Source: Acidimicrobiales bacterium (GTDB lineage Bacteria; Actinomycetota; Acidimicrobiia; Acidimicrobiales; SZUA-35). From it: 61,468 nucleotides of DNA. Positions 21,950-32,704 of the stretch are shown here, in pieces (within the stretch, counting starts at the first letter, position 1; each line of letters begins with the position of its first letter). A program made the translations under genes and the position numbers. Below the pieces are notes generated by a model. The model saw nothing but the letters and a program-made list of their open reading frames with translations. It did not search any database and was not told where the DNA came from. The stretch lies in assembly GCA_047971245.1 (NCBI GenBank), contig JBKDZN010000165.1:1-61468 (forward strand), read 5' to 3'.

Positions 21950-23389
21950 TCAGGGTACTGGTGACCGGGCCATACGGGGTTGCGCCACCAGGGAGGTGTG
22001 GGACAGACGCCGGGCGGCCCGATCACGGTGGTCGAGGACCCGTTCCAACACCGGCAGCAGGAACGGCATCCGCCGAGCCCGGATGGCCAGATCCCACACC
22101 GGTTCGAACTTCTTCCAACCGGCGGCGTAGGCCACATGGCGGGCCGCGCCGGCCCGGGTCGGCTTGGTGCCGGCCCCCCGCAGGATCGACCCCCACCGGT
22201 AGAACGACTCGTACGCCCCCCAGTAGCCGGCTTCGAGCTGGTCGGGGGTCATGCCCCGGGGCCGGTACACGACCTGGCGGGTGTCGTAGCGGTCCCAGTC
22301 GTGATGCAGGATCCGGCCCTCGGCCTCGAGCCGACGGTACAACCCGGTGCCCGGGTACGGGGTCATGATGTGGAACGTGGCCGTCTCGATGCCCTGATCG
22401 ACGGCCCAGGCCACGGTCCGATCGAACACGTCGGGCCGGTCGTCGTCCATCCCGAACACGAAACTGGCGTTGACCATCACCCCCAGGTCGTGGAGCCGGC
22501 GGATGGCCTCGGTGTAGTCCTGGCCGAGATTGTGGCCCTTGGCGTGGACCGACAGGTTGGCCGTGCTCAGGGTCTCGAAACCGACGAAGAGCGACCGCAG
22601 GCCGGCCTCGGCCGCCCGCTCGATCAGGTCGTCCTGGAGCACCGAGCGCACCGTGGCTGCGGCCTGCCAGACCCGTCCGGCCCCGGTCAGGCCGGCGAAC
22701 AGCTCCCGGGCGAACCGGCGGTGGCCGAGGATGTGGTCGTCGAGGAAGTACAGGTGCCGGCCGGAGAGCCGGTCGATCTCGGCCAGGGCGTCGTCGACCG
22801 GCTGGGTGTAGAAGCCGCGGCCACCGGTGAAGAAGGCGTCCCGGTAGCAGAAGTCGCAGGCGTGGGGGCAGCCCCGGGTCACGACCAGGGAGTTCGGCAC
22901 CAGGTAGCGGTGCCGCTTGATCAGGTCGCGGCGTACCGGTGGCGCCCCGACCAGGGTGCGGACCGTCGACTGGTAGCGGGGCTCGGGGCGGCCGGCGGCC
23001 AGGTCGGCCAGGAACCGGGGCCAGGTGTCGTCGCCGGGCCCGAGGAACACATGATCGGCGTGGGCGGCCGCCTCGTCGGGTAGGGAGGTGGGGTGGAGGC
23101 CGCCGAGGGCCACCCGCACCCCGAGCCGGCGGTAGTGATCGGCGATCTCGTACGACCGGCGGGCCGAGGTGATGTACACCTCGATCACCACCAGGTCGGG
23201 GAGCTCGTCTCCCGCCGCCTGGAGCCGGAGCGGTTCCACATGCTCGTCGCACAGCTCGATCCGGTCGGCGGGGTCGCAGTGGGCGGCCAGGCCGGCCAGG
23301 CCCAGTGGGGGGAACAGGGAGTACTTGATCGGCCGGTACCCCGGGGCCGTGGCCTCGCTGAGGGCGGGGAGGATCATCTTGATGTGCAT
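21950..23389 (-). CDS. Cobalamin-binding-domain radical SAM protein
   Basis: FPPLGL, LGGLHPT (B12 domain), TRGCPHACDFC (CxxxCxxC), FLDD, FVGFET, TPYPGT. Confidence 0.92.
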   Translation of the reverse strand: MHIKMILPALSEATAPGYRPIKYSLFPPLGLAGLAAHCDPADRIELCDEHVEPLRLQAAGDELPDLVVIEVYITSARRSYEIADHYRRLGVRVALGGLHPTSLPDEAAAHADHVFLGPGDDTWPRFLADLAAGRPEPRYQSTVRTLVGAPPVRRDLIKRHRYLVPNSLVVTRGCPHACDFCYRDAFFTGGRGFYTQPVDDALAEIDRLSGRHLYFLDDHILGHRRFARELFAGLTGAGRVWQAAATVRSVLQDDLIERAAEAGLRSLFVGFETLSTANLSVHAKGHNLGQDYTEAIRRLHDLGVMVNASFVFGMDDDRPDVFDRTVAWAVDQGIETATFHIMTPYPGTGLYRRLEAEGRILHHDWDRYDTRQVVYRPRGMTPDQLEAGYWGAYESFYRWGSILRGAGTKPTRAGAARHVAYAAGWKKFEPVWDLAIRARRMPFLLPVLERVLDHRDRAARRLSHTSLVAQPRMARSPVP

Positions 23390-23409
23390 ACGCTCACCTT
23401 GGCCGAAAC

Positions 23410-23450
23410 TGAACGATTGTTCAAGGCAGTTGTTCAGTGCAGTCGTTCAG
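23410..23450. promoter_or_regulatory. Putative TetR operator array between divergent radical SAM and TetR genes
   Basis: Palindrome TGAAC-GATT-GTTCA (23410-23); direct repeats GCAGTTGTTCAG (23426-37) and GCAGTCGTTCAG (23439-50). Confidence 0.6.
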
Positions 23451-23474
23451 GGGCAGACGCGGTAGTCTCCGGCC

Positions 23475-24122
23475 ATGGCGAAGTCCGGTCCCCGCCCGTC
23501 CCCGATCGTGTCCGATCAGACCGTCGGGGATCCGGCCGAGAGCACGGCCGACCGGGCCCGGAGGCGCCTGATCGATGCTGCGGTCACCGTGCTGGCCCGC
23601 GACGGGTTCGCCCACGCCAGCGCCCGCGCCATCGCGGCCGAGGCCGGCGGGGCCAACGGCCTGATCTACTACCACTTCGGATCGATGGATCAGCTCCTGG
23701 CCGCCACCGCCCGGGCGCTGGCCGAACGGGGCACCGCCCGGATCAAGGCCGGTCTCGGTGGCGACGACGCCACCCGGCTGTGGCCCCGGCACCTGGCCGA
23801 GGTGATCCGGGCCGAGGCCGAGGGATCCGACGGTCGGGCCGTACTCGAGCTCCTGGTCGGGGCCCGGACCTCACCCACCCTCCAGGCCGAGATCGCCGAG
23901 GTCATCGGCGACGCCCTCGGGTTCATCGCCGGTGAGCTCCGCCCGGTGGCGGCCGGGAGTCCCGTGGTCGGGGTGGTGCCCCCCGAACTGATGGCCGATG
24001 TCGCCGGGGCCACCTTCCTCGGTCTCGCCGTGCTCCTCCAGAACGGCCGTGAGGTGGACGTCGACCGTCTGGCCTCCACCGTGGCCGCCGCCCTCGCCCT
24101 GTCCGGCTGGTCGCCGGGCTGA
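23475..24122 (+). CDS. TetR-family transcriptional regulator
   Basis: RRRLIDAA...GFAHASARAIAAEAG...LIYYHFGSMDQLL HTH. Confidence 0.92.
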   Translation: MAKSGPRPSPIVSDQTVGDPAESTADRARRRLIDAAVTVLARDGFAHASARAIAAEAGGANGLIYYHFGSMDQLLAATARALAERGTARIKAGLGGDDATRLWPRHLAEVIRAEAEGSDGRAVLELLVGARTSPTLQAEIAEVIGDALGFIAGELRPVAAGSPVVGVVPPELMADVAGATFLGLAVLLQNGREVDVDRLASTVAAALALSGWSPG

Positions 24123-24130
24123 GGGAGGGT

Positions 24131-25141
24131 TCAGGGCCGGGCCGGCGCGGTCGGGGGAGCGGCCGCCCACAGGGCGTCGGTGAGCTCGTCCGCCGCGCTC
24201 GACGGCGACCGGTCGCCCGAACCGATCGCGGCCACCAGATCCCGGCGGTGGTCCTCGATCCCGGGAACCTGTCGGGCCCGGGACCGCAGGGTGTGATCGA
24301 ACTCGGCCTCGAACTGGCGGATGGCCTGGTCGGCGCGGAGGGCGGCCAGGCGGCCGTCCGCTCCGAGCCGGTGGTGGAACGAGCTGATCGCCTGCCACAG
24401 CTCGTCGAGTCCGGCGCCGGTGCGGGCCGAGCAGGTCAGCACGGCCGGTTCGATGCCCGGCCATTTGGGCCGCACCAGGCCGAGCGCGTGCCGGTAGTCC
24501 GCGGCGGTGTGGCGGGCCTGGTCGGCCTGGGCGCCGTCGCACTTGTTGACCGCGACCACGTCGGCCAGTTCCATCACCCCCCGCTTGATCCCCTGCAGAT
24601 CGTCACCCCCGCCGGGGGCGACCAGCAGCACGAACACGTCGGAGATGTCCGCCACCGCCGTCTCGGCCTGGCCCACCCCCATGGTCTCGATGATGATCAC
24701 GTCGAACCCGGCCGCCTCGCACAGCAGCATGGCGTCCCGGGTGCGGCGGGCGATCCCGCCGGTGAGCCCGCCGGAGGGGGAGGGGCGGATGAACACCTCG
24801 GGCCGGTTCGACAGGGCCCCCATGCGGGTCTTGTCGCCCAGGATCGACCCGCCGGTCCGGTTGCTCGACGGGTCGACGGCCAGGACGGCCAGGCGGAGGC
24901 CCTGCTCCACCAGCCGCAGGCCGAAGGTGTCGATCAGGGTGCTCTTGCCCACTCCCGGGGTGCCGGTGAACCCGATCCTGACCGCACCGCCGGTGTGGTC
25001 GAGGACCCGGTCGACCAGGGCGGCCGCGGCCGCCCGGTCGCGGGGCCGGGTCGATTCCACCAGGGTGATCCCCCGGGCCAGGGCGCGGCGCTCTCCGGCC
25101 ACGATGGCGTCGGCCGCGTGCGCGTCGGCGGGGCCGGTCAT
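24131..25141 (-). CDS. meaB: Methylmalonyl-CoA mutase-associated GTPase
   Basis: GFTGTPGVGKST, AVDPSS..TGGSILGDKTRM, ETMGVGQ, LQGIKRG, NKCD; adjacent to the mutase. Confidence 0.96.
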   Translation of the reverse strand: MTGPADAHAADAIVAGERRALARGITLVESTRPRDRAAAAALVDRVLDHTGGAVRIGFTGTPGVGKSTLIDTFGLRLVEQGLRLAVLAVDPSSNRTGGSILGDKTRMGALSNRPEVFIRPSPSGGLTGGIARRTRDAMLLCEAAGFDVIIIETMGVGQAETAVADISDVFVLLVAPGGGDDLQGIKRGVMELADVVAVNKCDGAQADQARHTAADYRHALGLVRPKWPGIEPAVLTCSARTGAGLDELWQAISSFHHRLGADGRLAALRADQAIRQFEAEFDHTLRSRARQVPGIEDHRRDLVAAIGSGDRSPSSAADELTDALWAAAPPTAPARP

Positions 25142-25149
25142 CCCGCTGG

Positions 25150-27303
<2,154 letters not shown>

Positions 27304-27384
27304 GGGCCCTGATTGTAGGGAACGGCCCGGTGCGGGGCGAGAGCGAGGATCCGGGCCGGTCGCGGAGCCGTTAGGGTCGCAGCC

Positions 27385-28506
27385 GTGTCCGGACCAGATG
27401 CCCCCCTCCGCCTCGGGTTCGAGGCGACCTCACTGCTGGGGCCGCGCACCGGGGTGGGGATGATGGCCGGGGCGGTCCTGGACCGCCTGGCCGTCCGGCC
27501 CGACCTGGAGGTCACCGGGATCGTGGTGTCGTGGCGGGGACGGGGCGGCCTGGCCGCGGCGCTCCCCGTTGGTGGGTCGGTGGCCGAGCGGGCCCTGGCG
27601 TTCCCGGCCCGGCTGGCCCACAAGGCGTGGACCCGGTTCGACCGGCCCCGCGTCACCGGGTTCGACGTGGTGCACGGCCCGAACTTCGTGGTGCCGCCGT
27701 CGCCGGGCGCGGTCGAACTGGTCACCGTCCACGATCTCGGTCCGTGGCGGTTCCCCGAGCTGGTCGACCGGCACGCCGCCGCCTACCCGCGCCTGCTCGC
27801 CGCGGCCCTGGAGCGGGGGGCGCATGTCCACACCGTGTCGCGTTTCGTGGCCGACGAGGTCCGGACCCTGATCGGGGTCCCGGCCGAGCGGATCCACGTC
27901 GTGCCCAACGGGTTCGATCTGCCCCCCGGGGGCGACGCCGGGCGGGGCCGGGCCCGGATGGGCGGACCCTACGTGCTGGCCATGGGGACCATCGAGCCCC
28001 GCAAGGACCTGCCCACCCTGGTGGCGGCCATGGACCGGGTCTGGGCGGTCCGGCCCGAGCTGCGCCTGGCCGTGGCCGGGGGAGCGGGGTGGGGGATCGA
28101 GGCGTTCGACGCCGCGGTGGCCCGGACCGCTCGGCCCGACCGGATCCTGAAACTGGGGTACGTGGCCGACCCCGACCGGGCCGACCTCCTCGCCGGGGCG
28201 GCGTGCCTGGCTTTCCCCTCGATCTACGAGGGGTTCGGGCTGCCCCCCCTGGAGGCCATGGCGGCCGGGGTCCCCGTGGTGGCGAGCACGGCCGGAGCCC
28301 TGCCCGAGGTGTGCGGCGACGGGGCGCTGCTGGTGGCCCCGGGCGAGCCGGACGCCCTGGCCGAAGCCATCGTGACGGTGATCGACCGGCCCGAACGGGC
28401 CGCGGCCCTGGTGGCGGCGGGACGAGATCGGATCACCGCCTTCTCCTGGGACGACACCGCGGCGCGTCTCGCCGCCCTCTACCACCGGTTGGCCGACGGG
28501 GCCTGA
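27385..28506 (+). CDS. GT4 glycosyltransferase
   Basis: [34 protein letters not shown]. Confidence 0.92.
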   Translation: MSGPDAPLRLGFEATSLLGPRTGVGMMAGAVLDRLAVRPDLEVTGIVVSWRGRGGLAAALPVGGSVAERALAFPARLAHKAWTRFDRPRVTGFDVVHGPNFVVPPSPGAVELVTVHDLGPWRFPELVDRHAAAYPRLLAAALERGAHVHTVSRFVADEVRTLIGVPAERIHVVPNGFDLPPGGDAGRGRARMGGPYVLAMGTIEPRKDLPTLVAAMDRVWAVRPELRLAVAGGAGWGIEAFDAAVARTARPDRILKLGYVADPDRADLLAGAACLAFPSIYEGFGLPPLEAMAAGVPVVASTAGALPEVCGDGALLVAPGEPDALAEAIVTVIDRPERAAALVAAGRDRITAFSWDDTAARLAALYHRLADGA

Positions 28507-28552
28507 GGGGCCCCATCCCGTCGATCCGCCCGGCCCGGACCGGTCGCGCCGA

Positions 28553-28996
28553 TCATCGGATCACCACGGCGGTGACGATGAGGGCGAACCCGGCCAGCTG
28601 GAGGCAGGCGCGGACGCCCTGGAAGGTCTCCCACCTCGCTCGCTGGTCCTGCCAGTAGTCGGGCGGGTGGTCGGGATCCCAACGGCCGGTGTCGAGATTG
28701 ATGCCGACGTTGACGACAATGGTGGTCACCAGGGCCAGGCCGAGCGCGGCGGTCGCCATCCAACCGAGGGTCGCCGATCGGCCGAGGCCGGCCGCGGTCG
28801 ACCCGGCGAGGATGGGGGCCGCCGTCATGCCGACCGGCATGACCCGGCCGAACGTGCGCAGCAGCCCCTGCTCGACCTGGAGCCAGTAGGTCGGCGGCAG
28901 GCGGCGCAGCACGGGGTGGACGAAGGCCCACGAGCCGAACTCGGCGCAGCCGACGAAGCCGACGACGCAGACGGTGAGGATGTACCGGACGGTCAT
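28553..28996 (-). CDS. DUF1772/anthrone-oxygenase-like membrane protein
   Basis: 4 hydrophobic segments, GRVMP, VNVGIN, PPDYW...RARWE...VR; ATGA overlap with upstream gene. Confidence 0.65.
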   Translation of the reverse strand: MTVRYILTVCVVGFVGCAEFGSWAFVHPVLRRLPPTYWLQVEQGLLRTFGRVMPVGMTAAPILAGSTAAGLGRSATLGWMATAALGLALVTTIVVNVGINLDTGRWDPDHPPDYWQDQRARWETFQGVRACLQLAGFALIVTAVVIR

Positions 28997-29310
28997 GTCG
29001 GCTCCCCGATCTCGATGGCCAGGGTGACCCGGTCGTGGGCGGCCCGGCGCAGGTCGGCCTCGGCCACGGTGCCCCCGATGCGTCTGATGCCCGCCGCCTT
29101 CGGGTAGCCCGGGATCGTCACGAGAGCCCGCAGGGCCTCGACCGACGCGTCGAGGGTGTCCCGGTAGGCCACCGGCAGGTGGTAGCGGCGGCCGGTTCTC
29201 CGGCCGGTCATGTGCAGGGTGAGGCAGCGGCCGCTCATCAGCCGGTGGATCGGGCCGGCGATGACCAGACGGGGAACGGCGTTCATCAGGGTGGTGGTGA
29301 GTCGGGACAT
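28993..29310 (-). CDS. Short DDN/F420 nitroreductase-like split-barrel protein, possibly internally deleted
   Basis: LTLHMTGRRTGRRYHLPVAY motif; only 105 aa; GGAGG-like RBS upstream. Confidence 0.55.
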   Translation of the reverse strand: MSRLTTTLMNAVPRLVIAGPIHRLMSGRCLTLHMTGRRTGRRYHLPVAYRDTLDASVEALRALVTIPGYPKAAGIRRIGGTVAEADLRRAAHDRVTLAIEIGEPT

Positions 29311-29328
29311 GGGCCCTCCGGTCGACAA

Positions 29329-29391
29329 ATGTAGTCACTGTCTACTTGTTGGCGACGTCAGCATGGGTCAGTATGTAGTCGATGTCAACAT
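29329..29391. promoter_or_regulatory. Two related 19-bp palindromic TetR operators
   Basis: ATGTAGTCACTGTCTACTT (29329-47) and ATGTAGTCGATGTCAACAT (29373-91); the second overlaps the TetR start codon. Confidence 0.7.
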
Positions 29392-29957
29392 CTGTTCGGA
29401 AGTACCACCTGGGGGATGTCCCCGACCGGGTTCTGGCCGCGGCCCGGACCCTCCTCGACGACCAGCCCGCGGCCGACATCAGTGTTCGTGAGCTGGCCCG
29501 CACCGCGGGGGTCAGCCACGCGGCGCCCTACCGCCACTTCGGCGACCGCGACGGGCTCCTCGCCGCCCTGGCCGCCCGGTGCTTCGCCGAGTTCATCGAC
29601 GAGCAACGCAGGGCGTACGATGCGGCCCCGCCCGGCAATCGGCTGCTCGATGTCGGCCTGGCCTATGTCGACTACGCCACGGCGCACCCGAATGCGTTCG
29701 CCCTCGTCTTCGATCCCACCGTCAGCCCGGCCGACGCACCGCCGGAGTCCCACCAGCCGCTCATCGCCGCCCACACCGAACTCCTCGTCGCCGCCATCGA
29801 CGACGCCGTGTCGGCCCGCCGTCTGTCCGCCGCCGTCGCTCCCGACGACCTGGGGGCCGCGGTGTGGAGCGCCGCCCACGGACTCGCCGGCCTCATCATT
29901 TCGGGGCGGATCGACCGCTCCCGCGCCCCCGCCGTGCTGGCCGCCCTGCTGACCTGA
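29382..29957 (+). CDS. TetR-family regulator (WHG-type C-terminus)
   Basis: YHLGD, SVRELARTAGVSHAAPYRHF, WSAAHGLA. Confidence 0.93.
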   Translation: MSTSVRKYHLGDVPDRVLAAARTLLDDQPAADISVRELARTAGVSHAAPYRHFGDRDGLLAALAARCFAEFIDEQRRAYDAAPPGNRLLDVGLAYVDYATAHPNAFALVFDPTVSPADAPPESHQPLIAAHTELLVAAIDDAVSARRLSAAVAPDDLGAAVWSAAHGLAGLIISGRIDRSRAPAVLAALLT

Positions 29958-30088
29958 TGGGCTCGGCGGCCCGTCATCCTCGGCCGCCCCGTCGCCTCGG
30001 CCGCCCGGCCCGACGGCCTGGATGACCGGCGTGTGAACGCCCCGCCCGTCGCTCCAGACGGCCCGGGAACCGCCGATAGGGTCGGGCC

Positions 30089-31480
30089 ATGGCTCAGATC
30101 ATGCACGCGCAGCAGGGTTCCACCAGGCGGCTGGTCATCATCGGTGGCGGCCCCGGGGGGACCTCGTGCGCCACCTACGCGGCACGGTTCGGGGCCGAGG
30201 TGACCCTGATCGAGCGGGACGTGATCGGCGGAGCCGCCCACCTGCTCGACTGCATCCCCTCCAAGGCCATGATCGCCACCGGCGGGGCCATCGCCCAGAT
30301 GATGCACGCCACCGAGATGGGTCTCGCCCGGGTGGACGTGGAGGTCGACTTCGACGCCCTCCGCACCCGGATCACCGACATCGAGGGTCGGTTGGAGACG
30401 ACCCTCACCGACCTGTTGGCCAGCCAGCGGGTCCGCCTGATCGAAGGGACCGGTCGCCTGCTCGACGCCCACAAGGTCGAGGCCACCCATGCGGACGGCA
30501 CGGTCGAGGTGCTTGACGCCGACGTGGTCGTGCTGTCCACCGGTAGCCGACCCCGGATCCCCGATTGGGCCCCCGTCGACGGTGTCCGGGTGCTGTCCAC
30601 CCGTGACGCCTACCCGCCGCCGGAGCTGCCCTCCCACCTGATCGTGATCGGCTCGGGCGTGACCGGCGTGGAGTTCGTCCACATGTTCACCTCGTTCGGT
30701 TCCGACGTGTCGCTCATCGTCAGCCGCCAACAGGTCCTGCCCGGCAAGGACCCCGAGGTGGCGGCGGTCCTGGAGCAGAGCTTCCTCGATCGGGGCGTGA
30801 AACTGCTCATGGGGGCCAGGGCCACGGCGATCACCGCCACCGACGACGGGGTGACCGTCGACTGCGACGACGGGCGCCGCGTCACCGGAAGCCATGTGCT
30901 GCTGGCCATCGGCTCCATACCGAACTCCGAAGCGCTCGGCCTGGAGAACGCCGGGGTGGAGACCGACGGCGGTTATGTGGTCATCGACCACAACTGCCGC
31001 TCCAGTGTCCCCCACATCTACGCCGCCGGTGACCTGTCGGGGAAGCTGCCGTTGTCGTCGGTGGCGTCCACCCAGGGCCGCAAGATCGCCGAACACGCCA
31101 TGGGTCTCCACGTCGGCCCCCACCGCCACCTCGACTACGACAAGGCCGCCTCGGCCATCTTCACCGACCCCGAGATCGCCGATGTCGGCCTGGCCGAGGC
31201 CGACGCCTTCGCCGAGGGCCGCAAGATCCGGGTCACCAAGGTGCCGTTCTCGGTGTCGGCCAAGGCCCTGATCAACAACGATTCCCGGGGGTTCGTGAAG
31301 ATCGTGTCGGATCCCGCCACCGGGGTGGTGCTCGGCGGCTCCATCGTCGGCCGGCACGCCGCCGAGCTGATCTCGGTGCTGGCCCTCGCGGTGTCGGCCG
31401 GGCTGACCGTCGTGGACCTGGTGGAATCCCTGTTCGTCCACCCGGCCCTGGCCGAGGTCCTGGGCGAAGCCGCCGAGTGA
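30089..31480 (+). CDS. lpdA: LpdA-like NAD(P)H:quinone reductase (flavoprotein disulfide reductase family)
   Basis: IIGGGPGG, GGAAHLLDCIPSK (one Cys only), IGSGVTGVEF, YAAGD, FTDPEIA. Confidence 0.8.
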   Translation: MAQIMHAQQGSTRRLVIIGGGPGGTSCATYAARFGAEVTLIERDVIGGAAHLLDCIPSKAMIATGGAIAQMMHATEMGLARVDVEVDFDALRTRITDIEGRLETTLTDLLASQRVRLIEGTGRLLDAHKVEATHADGTVEVLDADVVVLSTGSRPRIPDWAPVDGVRVLSTRDAYPPPELPSHLIVIGSGVTGVEFVHMFTSFGSDVSLIVSRQQVLPGKDPEVAAVLEQSFLDRGVKLLMGARATAITATDDGVTVDCDDGRRVTGSHVLLAIGSIPNSEALGLENAGVETDGGYVVIDHNCRSSVPHIYAAGDLSGKLPLSSVASTQGRKIAEHAMGLHVGPHRHLDYDKAASAIFTDPEIADVGLAEADAFAEGRKIRVTKVPFSVSAKALINNDSRGFVKIVSDPATGVVLGGSIVGRHAAELISVLALAVSAGLTVVDLVESLFVHPALAEVLGEAAE

Positions 31481-31490
31481 CCACGAATTC

Positions 31491-31545
31491 CCCGTTCTGA
31501 CCGTAGCTGCTCCAGGTTCTCGGAGGATCCACGGTCAGAAGCGGG
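31491..31545. repeat. Intergenic inverted repeat (terminator or REP-like element)
   Basis: CCCG-TTCTGACCGT (31491-504) pairs with ACGGTCAGAA-G-CGGG (31531-45); lies between convergent genes. Confidence 0.7.
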
Positions 31546-31565
31546 ATCAGGGCCCTCGGTGGGCC

Positions 31566-32654
31566 TTAGGGCGAGCGGCTGGGCTCCGGCAGGTCCAGGC
31601 CCACTTCGGTCGACCAGAAGCCGCGGGGTGCCACCAGATAGTCGATCAGATACTCCATCTGGGGGGCCCAGCGGGCCCGGATCCGGGCGGAACGGGCCCG
31701 GGCCTCGTCCATCGGCAGCAGGTCGAACCCGTGGTCGGTGAGCTGCCGGTACAGGTCGTCGAACAGGTCGGTGCCGTCGGGCCGGTTACCCCGATCCGCG
31801 CCGACATCGCGGTACGGGGTCAGGTCGACGCCGGCGGTGAGCTCCTCGAACAGGGTGATGGCCCGCCGCAGGAACCAATACGACTCGCTCCGTCCCGATG
31901 AGCCCACGATGATCTGGGCGTGGATGGCGGTGTCGCACAGCAATCCGAGGGCGGTCACCCAGTTCTGGCGCCGGTCGTGGGAACGGAAGAGCTGGAGCAG
32001 CGGCACGGTCGAATGGGTCTCCAGGATGCCGGTCACCCACTCCTCCCACTCGCCCATCCGGGCGTTGATACGGGCCGGGTCGGCGTCGGGCGCCCAGGCC
32101 ATGACCAGGTGGGTGGGGGTGATCCGGTCGTCGGAGCCGTCGTCCAACGTCATCAGCTTCTGCTCCCGGGCCGAATACTCCCCGTACAAGGTGGGCAGGT
32201 AGCCGATGACCAGGGCGACGGTCACCACCCCGGAGAACGCCTCCATGATCGCCCCCGTGCGGGGCAGTTCGGAGGCGGGGAGCACTTCCCCGAAGCCGAC
32301 GGTGAAGTACACCACGCCGGAGTAATACAGGGCGGTGGAGAGATCGGCCCCGCCCGACAGGTCGCCGACCGCCCACCAGATCAGGCCGAACCCGAAGATC
32401 TGGATCGTCGACCACATGGCCAGCCACACCAGCACCAGCAACGGGCCGAACGAGGCCAGCACCCGCTCCCGGGCCGCCGAGGCCTCAGGCATCCGCAGCG
32501 CCAGGCGTCGGACCAGCCAGAACAGGCTGAGGCCGATGATCTGGGACGGCCACCACCGAGCCCCCGACACCGATGTGGTGACCAGGGTGTTGAGCAGATC
32601 GGCCACGGCGAGGCCGATCAGGACGAACCCGGCCACCGCGGCCAGCACTGTCAT
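31566..32654 (-). CDS. Potassium-channel-family protein (Ion_trans_2) with cytoplasmic domain
   Basis: TM helices, pore helix ALYYSGVVYF, filter-like TVGFGE. Confidence 0.8.
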   Translation of the reverse strand: MTVLAAVAGFVLIGLAVADLLNTLVTTSVSGARWWPSQIIGLSLFWLVRRLALRMPEASAARERVLASFGPLLVLVWLAMWSTIQIFGFGLIWWAVGDLSGGADLSTALYYSGVVYFTVGFGEVLPASELPRTGAIMEAFSGVVTVALVIGYLPTLYGEYSAREQKLMTLDDGSDDRITPTHLVMAWAPDADPARINARMGEWEEWVTGILETHSTVPLLQLFRSHDRRQNWVTALGLLCDTAIHAQIIVGSSGRSESYWFLRRAITLFEELTAGVDLTPYRDVGADRGNRPDGTDLFDDLYRQLTDHGFDLLPMDEARARSARIRARWAPQMEYLIDYLVAPRGFWSTEVGLDLPEPSRSP

Positions 32655-32690
32655 CGCCGGAGGGCCGTCATCGCCGGGAGACCGTCATCG
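32650..32690 (-). repeat. 17-bp-period triple repeat encoding two ATGA-coupled 6-codon uORFs
   Basis: GTCATCG at 32650, 32667, 32684. Minus strand: 32688-32668 MTVSRR*, 32671-32651 MTALRR*. Confidence 0.75.
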
Positions 32691-32704
32691 GGGGCGGGGC
32701 AAGG

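Noticed and set aside
21939..21953. CTG-AAC-CTC-TCA-TGA micro-ORF linking the radical SAM stop to the wzm ATGA
   Set aside because: Fits the relay frame but needs a CTG start and has only 4 codons; too weak to count as evidence.
27304..27384. Cobalamin riboswitch for the mutase or radical SAM gene
   Set aside because: Spacers are only about 80-85 nt and hold promoter/operator-like motifs; no B12-box recognised.
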